Shown one piece after another: positions 12,391 through 22,986 of a stretch of DNA of 54,120 nt. The stretch is from Octopus bimaculoides (lineage: Eukaryota). The first letter of the stretch is position 1; each line of letters starts with the position of its first letter. The notes under the pieces were generated by a model. That model did not search any database and was not told the DNA's origin. It was given only the letters and a program-made list of their open reading frames with translations. The stretch lies in NCBI RefSeq assembly GCF_001194135.2, contig NC_068981.1:183972877-184026996 (forward strand), in the 5' to 3' direction. Position numbers and translations under genes: made by a program.

Positions 12391-12621
12391 GTGGGCAATT
12401 ATGGGGTGAATTTTAAGGCTTATAAATCTATTATTNNNNNNNNNNNNNNNNNNNNNNNNNNNNNNNNNNNNNNNNNNNNNNNNNNNNNNNNNNNNNNNNN
12501 NNNNNNNNNNNNNNNNNNNNNNNNNNNNNNNNNNNNNNNNNNNNNNNNNNNNNNNNNNNNNNNNNNNNNNNNNNNNNNNNNNNNNNNNNNNNNNNNNNNN
12601 NNNNNNNNNNNNNNNNNNNNN

Positions 12622-12975
12622 ATCCCACAGGGGGAGGTGGTTTCCATTTTTCCATATATGATCAGCTATACCCGATTTATCGATATCTCCTCGTGTCACA
12701 GCTTTGCGATGTTCTTCTACCCTTATTTTGAGGGGGCGGCATGTTTCGCCTTTGTATAACCTACCACAGCTGCATGGGATGGAGTACACGCAGTTTTTGG
12801 TCATATTCTCTTCTGTTGGTGGTTTTACCCGGAGATATTTGCGAAGTGTTGTATTGCTCTTGAATACTGCCCTGATGTCATATGGGCCGCATATCTTTTC
12901 GGAGAGGCCTTTCACATAGGGTAGACAGACTGTAGACAGTTTATTGGTTTCATCCTCTCTTTTCTTCATAATTGG
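12622..12975 (-). mobile_element. Penelope-like element GIY-YIG domain (second PLE lineage)
   Basis: VCLPYVKGLSEKI, NCVYSIPCSCGRLYKGETCRPLKIRVEEH, SGIADHIW. Confidence 0.9.
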
Positions 12976-13559
12976 AGTAGATAGTAAGAAACAACTACCC
13001 CAAGAACATACTAGGAAGAACATTAAATAAATGTACAACAGAGAATCGGATAATGCAGGACTGGTTTCTGACTCTTCAAATACGTTTCACAACGTAAATT
13101 TGATCAGTCTTCATCAGCTGTATTTACCTAGACAATTGAGATTATGTCCAGTCTCAATGGTTTCAAGGTAGGTAGTGAACGGTCCGACTCATATGCAGCT
13201 CCGTCTCTCGTTCTGATTCTATTCACGCCAAGCTCCCGCTGTCTTCCCCACTCCCCCTTTTAAGAGGAAGTGAACGAGGTTACCTGTCTAGTACTATGCT
13301 AACTTCCTGTATATATATTTGGTTATCTATACCAACATTATTTCATTTCTGCCAAACGGTCATTGACAAACGCTTATCTCGCCACCTTCGGAAAATATAG
13401 GGTAAGTTCTCACACTTCATTATCTTATCAGAATACATAACATTCTCCCCCCTTACAATAATAAATTAAGCAACACTCCCAATAAAAGTAATAGTAATAA
13501 AAAAGACCAGCACATAACTAACTGTACATGCAGAGATAAAACCAAATGCAAATTTAACA

Positions 13560-13900
13560 ATAAATGTAATTTAGAGAATGTGTTATAACAATGTGTAGTA
13601 ACCCTTAATGATATAGTCTAAACACGGTTTACATCGGCTCAATCTAACAAAATCAAATCATGAGTGGCTCAACATATGCATTCTTTTAAGAATAGAAATT
13701 TAATTCCACTGGCCTTAGTAAATACATATGGGACCTAAAATCGAAAGGAATTAAGTACAATTTAAAGTGGGAAATAGCTTGTAAGGCAAAATCTTATCGA
13801 ATAGGTAGTAAATTCTGCTCTTTATGCACTAACAAGTTTAAGGAGATACTATTTACTAATAATAAAAAAAAAATCAATAAATTCCCAAGATGAACGCAAA
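13560..13900 (+). mobile_element. Penelope-like GIY-YIG C-terminal remnant
   Basis: VYIGS...STGLSKYIWDLKSKGIKYNLKWEIACKAKSYRIGSKFCSLC. Confidence 0.8.
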
Positions 13901-14493
13901 AATTAAATGTAGACACAAACTTTTTATATAAGTTTAGATAATGTTCATACAAATTATTTTCAAATTTTTACTTTTAGTTAGTCGTGTAGGTTTGTGAATA
14001 ATACATAGTTCGAATAAAAATAAACTACTCAGAGACGTACAAGTTCACTGAAATATTACTATTCCTCATAATATAGTATAAATTACGTACCTTAGACACT
14101 TATTACATTAGCTCCTATCACTTAAACTTTAATAAATTTTATTCCACTAAATAGCATACCTTTGATTGATTTCATTTCTATTATACTTCGTCATTTTATT
14201 AATTTAGTACATTCTTCTCTCTTATTGTCAAGTGATTTACATATTTTAATTCTACATAGTAAGTGTAATATTTGTATTCACGAAGGAATACCATTTTGTC
14301 ACACGACACACATCGTATAAATTCTATGCTTCATGGGTAATAATACTACAGTCAACAAGGAATCTTCGATAAGTGGTGTTATTGTCGTTTCTTGCGTGAA
14401 TTTATGTTTAATTGTTGCCATTGTAAACTGAATTGTTGTTTGGATTGTTGCCGTTGTTGAATTGTTAATTGCTTTGTTTCTCATTGTGGGAAA

Positions 14494-15035
14494 ATGGAGG
14501 AGCCGGAGGCAGGCCCAAGTTATGCAGCCGCAACGGGCAAAGGAGTAGTCACGCGTGAGTTGGGGGTCCACAAGATAAAAGTGAAGCCTAGAAAGACGAA
14601 GGAGAGTGAGACTCAATCACAAAGGAAGGAAACATTTTGAAGATGACACCGCCAGAAGAGCTATCAGCCAACGTGACAAAAAGAAGAGTTATATTCAAGC
14701 CCATGAAGGCAGCCACGAGAAAGATAGAAACAGCACCAACACAGGCCATAGAAGAATGTGTGAAGAATATAAAAAGATTCACTACATATATTATGAGAGG
14801 GAGAAGATACACCACTGTGGAAGTGCACTTCACAACAGAGGAGGAAGCAATAAAGCACTCCACATAGGCAATAAGGACAGACGAATGGGCTCTCTTGCCT
14901 TCGTACTGTGGCAAACGTGTGGCCAAGGTACGAGTGGGTAAGGTGCCACCCGAATTGAAAGAAGAATGGCTGATGACAGCCATAACGTGAAAGACGGGAA
15001 GATACTGAAGGCGACAAGGACCCAAAAGGTAGATT
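14494..15035 (+). mobile_element. Decayed LINE ORF1 N-terminal part, paralogous to 2518-2820
   Basis: MEEPEAGPSYAAA start. VEVHFTTEEEA...LLPSYCGKR...VPPELKEEWL aligns with EVRMESEEAA...LLPLYMGRR...ILPEVDPEWL. Confidence 0.65.
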
Positions 15036-15298
15036 ACTGGGGATATATATACACACACACACATATGTTTTATCTTTTTGTTTCATTTCTAATTAGTAGG
15101 ATTGAATAAACTCTTCCTAGATTCTTACAATTTTGTTCTCTTTGTTCCGATATTTCTGTTGCAATACACAGCCAGTGTTTTGATTAATTTAGAAAACAAT
15201 GAAAAATAGAGTAAAATATCTGCCATTATTAAGATGGTATATGGAACTTAAATTAACATGAAACTTCTGACAGAAGGCTTAAATTTAGTTCACTTTAA

Positions 15299-15499
15299 CC
15301 CTTTAACATTCTAATTATTCTGTCAAATGGTCATTCAAATTGCTTTTAATTAATCATGCATTATCTCGTAGCTTTAAAATTTTCATCATGCGATAATATA
15401 TTTTATAATGGCATTGAAGTGTAGGTGGGACAGGATCTGGTTGGTTAGAACATAAAACAGGTATTTGGGCCGGACATGGCCAGTTTAAATGCTCAAGGG
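15299..15499. mobile_element. TTAA-type (piggyBac-like) MITE; related copies near 30970-31165 and 31495-31670
   Basis: TTAA|CCCTTTAACATT ... AATGCTCAAGGG|TTGA imperfect termini. Shared internal sequence with the other copies. Confidence 0.6.
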
Positions 15500-16089
15500 T
15501 TGAAACAAAGTTTGATATCGAAAAGGTTCATAATTTACTGAATTTCATCTCTCTTGTGTCTATGACACTGTTCGCATCACATAGACGATCTTAGTAGCCT
15601 TGTTCAACGCATTAGGAGTCAACATTGTGGGTCGAGGCCAGTGGCACGTAAAAAGTACCATTCAAATGTGGTCATTGTCAGTGCCACCTGACTAACTCCC
15701 GTGCCGCTGGCACGTAAAGGGCGCCTGCTACACACTCGTAGTGGTTGGCGTTCAAAGGGGCATCCTGCTGCAGAAACTTTGCTGGATCAGATTGGAGCCT
15801 GGTGCAGCCTTCTGGCTTGCTAGCTCTGTCAAAGCATACCATAAAACGACAATCGCACGCACACACACGTACACAGCAACGCACATATACACATACACAC
15901 ACACGTGCACTTACCCAACACCTACAACCCCACACAAACACACATACTCAAAAAAACGCCTGTTGACCTGCCACCTAACACTGTCTATAAGCATCCACTA
16001 ACCATTCCTGCTACTAATTCCTTCCACTACGTCATACACACACACACACACTCGCAGACTCGCGCGCACACACAGATATTCATCTCCCT

Positions 16090-16320
16090 TTTTCACTCTC
16101 CTGTCTTAGAAAGAACTTTTCTCCCACCACCTCCTCTTCCGGTCTTTTCACAATGTAACCTCGTGGGCATCGGTACCATTTTCCTCTTTCTCCGTTTTTC
16201 CATTCTCCGAACTTTCCGACGAAGGGCTACGCCCGAAACGTCATACACTCTCTTTCCTTTCCCGAGCGTCCAACAAGACTATCCATATCACGTCCTCACT
16301 TTGTTGTTCTTTTGAACTTA
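16090..16320 (+). mobile_element. Penelope-like 3' end with degenerate hammerhead
   Basis: CCGACGA-A-GGGC-TAC-GCCC-GAAACGT-C at 16216-16242. Confidence 0.5.
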
Positions 16321-16449
16321 TATATATATATATGTAATTTAAGTAGGGTATAAATACTACTTGCTAAAAATCAAAGCCACAGCTTCAAAGAAAAAAAACC
16401 CACCATAAATATTACGATAAAGATACAAGTAATGAGAGGAGATGAACGG

Positions 16450-16760
16450 GGCAAGGCAACAAGATGGAACAAAGGCCCATACAGCCAAAAACCCTCATGC
16501 CTGGCTCACAGCCAATACTCCTGACTCCATTGAACCTAACAAACGGCCATCAGAAAGTCCAGATCTTAATGTCGTGGATTTCACCATGCGAGATATACTG
16601 TTAAATCATCTTGAATTCCAAAAGAGAGATCAGACACTGATGGAAGCTTGGAGCAATAACCCGCTTGAAGTAATCCAAAGGGCAACTGGAAGTTGGCAAG
16701 ACTATGTTGTGCAGCTGCTCATGGAAAGCACTTTGAACACCATGTCTAGCATTTGTGCTT
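16450..16760 (+). mobile_element. Tc1/mariner (maT/DD37D-like) transposase remnant
   Basis: QQDGTKAHTAK...WL...SPDLNVVDF. Confidence 0.7.
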
Positions 16761-16789
16761 TTGTCTTGCTTTAACATTTTTTTTTAACA

Positions 16790-17450
16790 GCAACTGTTTT
16801 GTTTCAAACGAATGTGCCTCCACCAGTTCCTGATATCTGAAGAATTGAGAGACAAAAAGCCGACAACTCCTACAGAGAATGAAGCTGATTGCGGGAGAAC
16901 ATCCTCCCAGACGAAATTTTCGAACAGCCTTTTCTCTAGCATCTGCCCTCATTTAAAAAACTTAAAACAATTTTTTTTTTTAATATCTGAGGTAAATTCA
17001 TTCACATTAGCTACTGTGATGCCAGCCATTCCTTCAATCAATGCTTTCCTTCCATCCTTCAGGGATTTCCCAATTCCATTCCTTGATGATGCAGCAGGCA
17101 ATGCAAATACAGGCCCTGGTGCAACAAATTCAAGTTCTGTCACTTGGTATCCCTTCCGCATGTCAATCTAACAGTCAATCTCAATTTGGTACACAATCGA
17201 GAAGTCCTAGTGAACCACATCATTCGCCACCAATGTGTTGGTACCACTGTACGTTAGGAAATTTACGCACAAATGCAGCCCTCTGTGTTCATCTGGGAAA
17301 CAACACAGCCAGGAATTGAATGCAACAATAAGTTCATGGCTCTCTCAACAGAGGTCACCTGTTTTTCCTGATAGTGAAAACTACACAAATGCCTCAACAT
17401 CACATCCACTACACATACATTCAGCTGAAAAAGAACTTATGTAATACAGG
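16790..17450 (+). mobile_element. Gypsy-type LTR retrotransposon gag remnant
   Basis: HQFLISEELRDKKP, QLLQRMKLIAG, and CWYH..LG...KC..LC knuckle across frameshifts. Confidence 0.65.
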
Positions 17451-17819
17451 ATGCAGGCTTTCAATAATAAGCAGCAATTAAAAGGAAAACAAAGAAAAGG
17501 TTTCAGCTAGTAGGAAAGAAGATGAGACTTTACAACCATTTAGGTTGTATCCATGCTTAGCATGCAGAAAAAAAAGCAACAATACCCCAGGGTGTACTCA
17601 ATGTAAACCGTAGTCACACAAAAGGTGTAATTAGATAACAAGCAGGATGAAAGGGCATTTAATATAGCAGAAAAACCATCAGCAGTAAAAGCATCTATAA
17701 AATGAATTCCTTCACATACCTAGACATTGACAGCTTCTGTTACCCAGGCAACCGATTCAGTAATGAAGGTGAAACAAAAATATGATAGCCAAAGTAAGGA
17801 CAGATTTGAAATGTTCAGA

Positions 17820-18110
17820 AGGCTATTTAGTTAGCAGTAAAAACTTTACCTTTCTCAGTGATGGGTAGAAAGCATGATGTGTGCACAAAATGCAATATTG
17901 CATAGAAGGAAGACATAGGTACTAAATGCAGAAGTTGTGCAGAGATTGAACAAAGATGAGAGAATGCTACATGTGTAATACTTGCATCCATGAATGATGG
18001 AGTGTGAGTGATGAGACAAAAAAAAAAAAAAAATGAACAAGAGGAATCAGCAAGTTCACAAGAGAGAACACTGTTTTCAGACATGCTATGCACATGAAAA
18101 TGAGAGTTGG
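17820..18110 (+). mobile_element. Possible piggyBac C-terminal Cys-rich remnant
   Basis: Scattered CxxC motifs and HCFQTCYAH. Heavily decayed. Confidence 0.3.
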
Positions 18111-18600
18111 GTGAAGAAGTGCCAGGCAGAAACAGGCTTTAAAAGAGAAAGATTAAGGATGGTGAATATTAATATCAGGTTGCTGAACCACACAACAGAG
18201 ATAAACTCACAGCCACAAGAGACAAGATGCAGTGCTAGAAAAGAGCCATCAACCTTAATCACTGGCGGTTTTAACCTCCAATTTCCCATGCTTGTGGACT
18301 GGGCAGAATTGGTCGAGAGAAATTTTCTACAGTCAGATACCTTTCCTGTTACCAATGTCAGGCATTTCCAAAACAATTTTTCCCCATGACAAGACAGGTT
18401 TTCACAGAATATTGGATATGAAGGACACCATTCGCACAACAGGGACACTCGTTCACAACTATCGTGTGGTGTCAAAACCAAAGCGACAGTAACAAACACA
18501 CACACACACACTTGGGTTCTTTCAGTTTCCATTACTCTCTTCCATTTCATCGCTTATCTGCGAATTTTGCATGTCTAGATATTTTATATGTTCTCTAATT

Positions 18601-18680
18601 GCGTCTGATGACAGAATACCCCATATTCAAGCATACACGCCTATCACTTGGGATATCCCCGAAACAGCTGTAAGACCTCA
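18601..18680 (+). ncRNA. Degenerate hammerhead-like motif
   Basis: CTGATGA at 18605 and GAAACAGCTGTA at 18661. Stems I and II are decayed. Confidence 0.4.
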
Positions 18681-20617
18681 ACTACTTTTAGAAAAATATA
18701 AAATATACAACTTAAGATGCTTGTTATGCCTCAGCATCTGTTGTCCTCTTCTACATACATATATAAATATATATATCTGCATTAGGGAACCCTGAACCAT
18801 TCTGCGTATGCATAATTCTTCAATGTTACACAGGTTTCCGGAGGTCGTCTTCTCTTGTAGATACAGGTATTATTCAACCCTCAGATATTTGGTTAACTGT
18901 TCATAACTACACAAATTAATTCCATTAAATCCGCAGTATAAAAACTTGGATCATGTCATCTCCTCCAACCTTTCACCTCTAACATTATTAATAGCATTAT
19001 CTCAATATTAACATATTCTACCTTCCCACTACTATATAAAAAGATTTTTTTAATAATTACATATCTAACACCCACCTACCATAATAAATATATCTCTTTG
19101 TAAAGATTATCAGCATTGAATTCCAACATAGTGCATGACAAATGCAGCCTTACCGGTAGGAAAATTCCCTGAAGGAGGAGGCGGTGATATTAAATTAATA
19201 GAACTACTATATCTCGGCACCACTATGCCCTTGGAAAAGACCACCATCGGATTTTAACAAACTATAAACCCCTATATGGATTTACAATATTCTCTACACT
19301 CCACCCATTCTATGTATATAATTTTAACTTCATTTTTATTGTATGTAGGACCATATATAGTATGTTCTATATATATTCTTAATGTATTTATATCTATATA
19401 TTTTTACTTGTGTTTATATATTTCTAGTACACAATTTATGTGCACATAACTTTACAACAGAATATATTTTAGTAACCAATTTTTTGTGCCATTTTTCCTA
19501 TGGCTCAAACATACTGACGTCTTCAATGTATTCTATAGAGACAATTTTCTCTTGAAAAAAGAATTTACCCTGAAACTAAGCCCTAACCTGAATCCTTGCA
19601 AGAGACTAGCCGACTAACACAGTGACAAGACATCAACTGATGCTCAGGACCAACATTCTTTACATAAGCAATAGCAGCAGCACTGAATTGGCCATGGAAA
19701 AGAGGAAACAAGGCCAAGCCAAGTGGAATCATAGTCATGGAACATAAAAGGCACCCACAACAAGCTGGGAGTGGTTGGAAGGGCATCCAGCTGTAGAAAC
19801 CATGTCAAATCAGAATGAAACCTGATGCAGTTCTCCAACCCATGCCAGCATGAAAAATGGACATCAAATGATTAGGATAATGAAAGTAACGCAAACTTTT
19901 CAAGAGATGAGACTTTGAAAATGGAATGAACGAAATAAACAGAAAAATAAAGAGAATTAAAATTGACAATTTTGAACATAGATTTTAATAAAATAAACTT
20001 AAAATAGTTCTGGCTGAATTTGCTTGTGTAGATCATTGTTAAAATGTCAAACTGTTCAAACAAAGATTCTTCATCCAAACAGCATTAGATTATTCAAGCA
20101 TTATCAGATTATTAACCATCCATAGATTGTTAAACATTGCTATATCTAAACCTTAAAACGGATTCTTTATTCATTAAATTATTCTAAGATTTATAAAATA
20201 TTTCAATAATAAAAAAACACTGAAAGCAACTGGATATTTTACATACTGTACCTGCTCCTGGTTGCACTATTTTATGCATGATTGTTAACTAAGAACTGGG
20301 GTGCAACTTATACAGAGCAAAGTTCAAACTTTGTATGAAGGTACCCTAAATTAGGGGTACAACTCAGAGAAATATAGTAAATACAAGACACCAAACTTTA
20401 GTTTTGTATGTTCAGCTATATCAATACTTGATATTTGGTTGGTATTGTATTTTAACAACCCTGGAAGAATGAGAAAAAAAAAAAGTATTGAGTAGTATTT
20501 GAACTCAGAAAGTAAGCATATGCAACAAAAAATATCCAAAAATATTTTGTCCGATCTGCTATCAACTTTGCCACTCCATCACTCATACCATGCTAATATC
20601 AATATGGTTTCAAATTA

Positions 20618-22138
20618 AGGCACACAGCTAGCAATTTCAGGGGAGTTGGGTAAGTCAATTACACTGACCCCAGTGCTCAGCTGGTACTTATTCTATTGAC
20701 CCCACCCCCAAACGAATGAAAGATAAAGTGGACATAGGTGAAATTTGAACTCAGAACAGACAAAATGCTGATGTTCCCGCCAACTCTCCACCTTAATACC
20801 AAAGGTTTCAACTTTTGGCACTGGTCCAGCAATTATAAGGGGTGGGGATTACACAATACCATTAACCCGAAGTGTTGATTGGTATATCAGTGACTTTGGA
20901 GGGATGAAAGTCAAAGTTGACCTCAACAGGATTTGAACAGAACAAAGAGGAGAAACTAAATACCACAAGGTATTTCATCCAACCCTTTAATAACTCTGCC
21001 CATCTCCTGCCTTAATAGCTTCCACCATAACTGATTGTTAGGGAGCAGTTTTAAGATAACAGTCAATGGTTATATTTTGATGTAACATATATTGATAATA
21101 ACTGGAGATATATTTGAATAGGTTGCTAGTTATGAGGATGGTAATAACCACTGGTGATATTTTAATATAGTTGCTGTATAATAATGGTTTCAAATTTTGG
21201 CACAAGGCCAGCAATATCGGGATGGGGTAAGTCAGTTATAATTACCCAAGTGTACTGGGGTAATGCTGACTTTACCTTTTGTCTTTACAATTACCCCAGT
21301 GTACTGCGGTAATTATAAGAACAAAAGGTAAAGTCGGCATTTTAACTATGAACATAAGAGAAAGAATGCTAAGCATTCTACCAGCTTGCCACCAATATTT
21401 TCTACTAGAGGCACAAGGCCTGAAATTTTGGGGGTAGGTGTTACTCAATTACATCAAGCTCAAGGATGAAAGGAAAGGCCAACCCCAAACAGAATTTGAA
21501 CTCAGAACATAAGGACAAATAAAATGCTGCTAAGTATTTTCCCTGGCATGCTTACAATTCAGCCAGCTCGTCACCTTAATAATTATTTCATCTATAGGCA
21601 TGAAGCCAGAAATTTGGAGGGAAGGAGTTATTTGATTACATTGCCCACACTGACTGGTACTTTGCCTTTCATCCTTTCAGGGTTGATATTATAGATAAAG
21701 TTGACCTCAGTGGAGTTTGAACTCGGGAATGCAAAAGGATGATAGCTGTTAAGCATTTTGTCAGAGATGCTAACAATTCTTCCTTAATTAAAACCATTAA
21801 TAAAATTTCTAAATTTAGGCACATTGCCAGCAATTTGAGCCACAGGAATCCAGTCAACAACATCGACCCCAGTACAAGACTGGTATTTTATCAACCCTGG
21901 TGGATGAAAGGCAAAGTTGACCTAACAAAAGAACTGGAAGAAATACTATCATTTTCTTCATCGCATGTAATCCTTTTCTACTATAGGTAGAAGGTCCGAA
22001 ATTTGGAGGGGAGGGGGGGCAGCCGATTAGATCGTCCCCAGTATGCAACTGGTACTTTATCGAGCCTGAACATAAACACAGCACACCAGGCAAAGTACTT
22101 AGCAGTATTTTGTCTAATGTTTCTGCCAGCTTGACACC
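20618..22138 (-). repeat. Chain of about 7 co-oriented tRNA-derived SINE copies
   Basis: Recurring ggcacaaggcc(agc/tga)aattt ... gatgaaagg(c)aaagt(c/t)gacct ... atttgaactc ... ctgccagc units. Confidence 0.8.
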
Positions 22139-22495
22139 TTACAATTCTGTTAATCCCCTGCCCCTGACAATAATAATAAACACCACTGGTTATTAGTTAA
22201 TGTCGGCACCGGTTATAAGATAACATAGCCAATGGTTATATTTTAGCATAGTGTCTGGTTATATTGATAATAGTAACTGGTTATACTTTTAAGAAAAACG
22301 TTAATGATAATGAGTTTTTTTTTTTCTTAATAGCAAATACATAATATATATATATAACAGTAACTAATGGCTGGTAATAATTATGTAGAATGCATAAACA
22401 TTTCGTAAAGTTGAATGCAGTTTGTTGCTGGATAAATAGTTGAATGTAATATAAAGAGCAGACATTAACAAAATCCGTCTGCTTTTATCAACAAT

Positions 22496-22535
<40 letters not shown>

Positions 22536-22548
22536 TCTAGTGTGAACA

Positions 22549-22608
22549 TTACAGAAGGTTTATACTGACAGAGTCCATATTTTCTTCGTCAAAGTGCAAA
22601 AAATTTCT
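22549..22608 (-). CDS. KIF22: KIF22 terminal exon 15 (RNFLHFDEENMDSVSINLL*)
   Basis: Long pyrimidine tract plus cag acceptor. 60 nt ending in TAA. Phase 0 matches exon 14. Confidence 0.8.
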   Translation of the reverse strand, partial: RNFLHFDEENMDSVSINLL

Positions 22609-22986
22609 CTGAAAAACATTAAAAGGAGAAAAAGTAAATGCTGTATTTCAAATATTGCCAGGTGTAACATATATTTTAAGAAATCTAAAGTTACATAGTC
22701 TGAAAAGTAGGAAAAAAATATAATCACATGCCATCATTCAATGCCTATTTTCCATGCTGGTATGGATCAGAGAGTTCGACAAGAATTGGCAAGCCATAGG
22801 ACTGCACCAAGATCTACCCTATTTTGGCATTTCTTTTTTCCACATCTGGATACCTTTCCTAAGGCCAACTAATGTACTGGGTGCTTTTTATGCAGCACAG
22901 CACTAATGAGGTTTCCAAGACCCTCAAGTGAGTGGTGGGGTGCTGGACTGAGGTAGGTGGCTTTCTGCTAGGTAAAAAGAGCTTAA

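Larger units (their letters stand above)
12140..12396 (-). mobile_element. tRNA-like head plus hammerhead terminal module (Penelope-associated)
   Basis: Closely similar to 25000-25268. Lies downstream of a GIY-YIG ORF across a 186-N gap. Confidence 0.8.

Noticed and set aside
16949-17161. Protein-looking minus-strand ORF (MRKGYQVTELEF...)
   Set aside because: It is the antisense shadow of the plus-strand Gypsy gag remnant.
20618-22138. CRISPR-like repeat/spacer periodicity
   Set aside because: Units are 110-200 bp diverged SINE copies in eukaryotic DNA, with no short identical repeats or cas genes.
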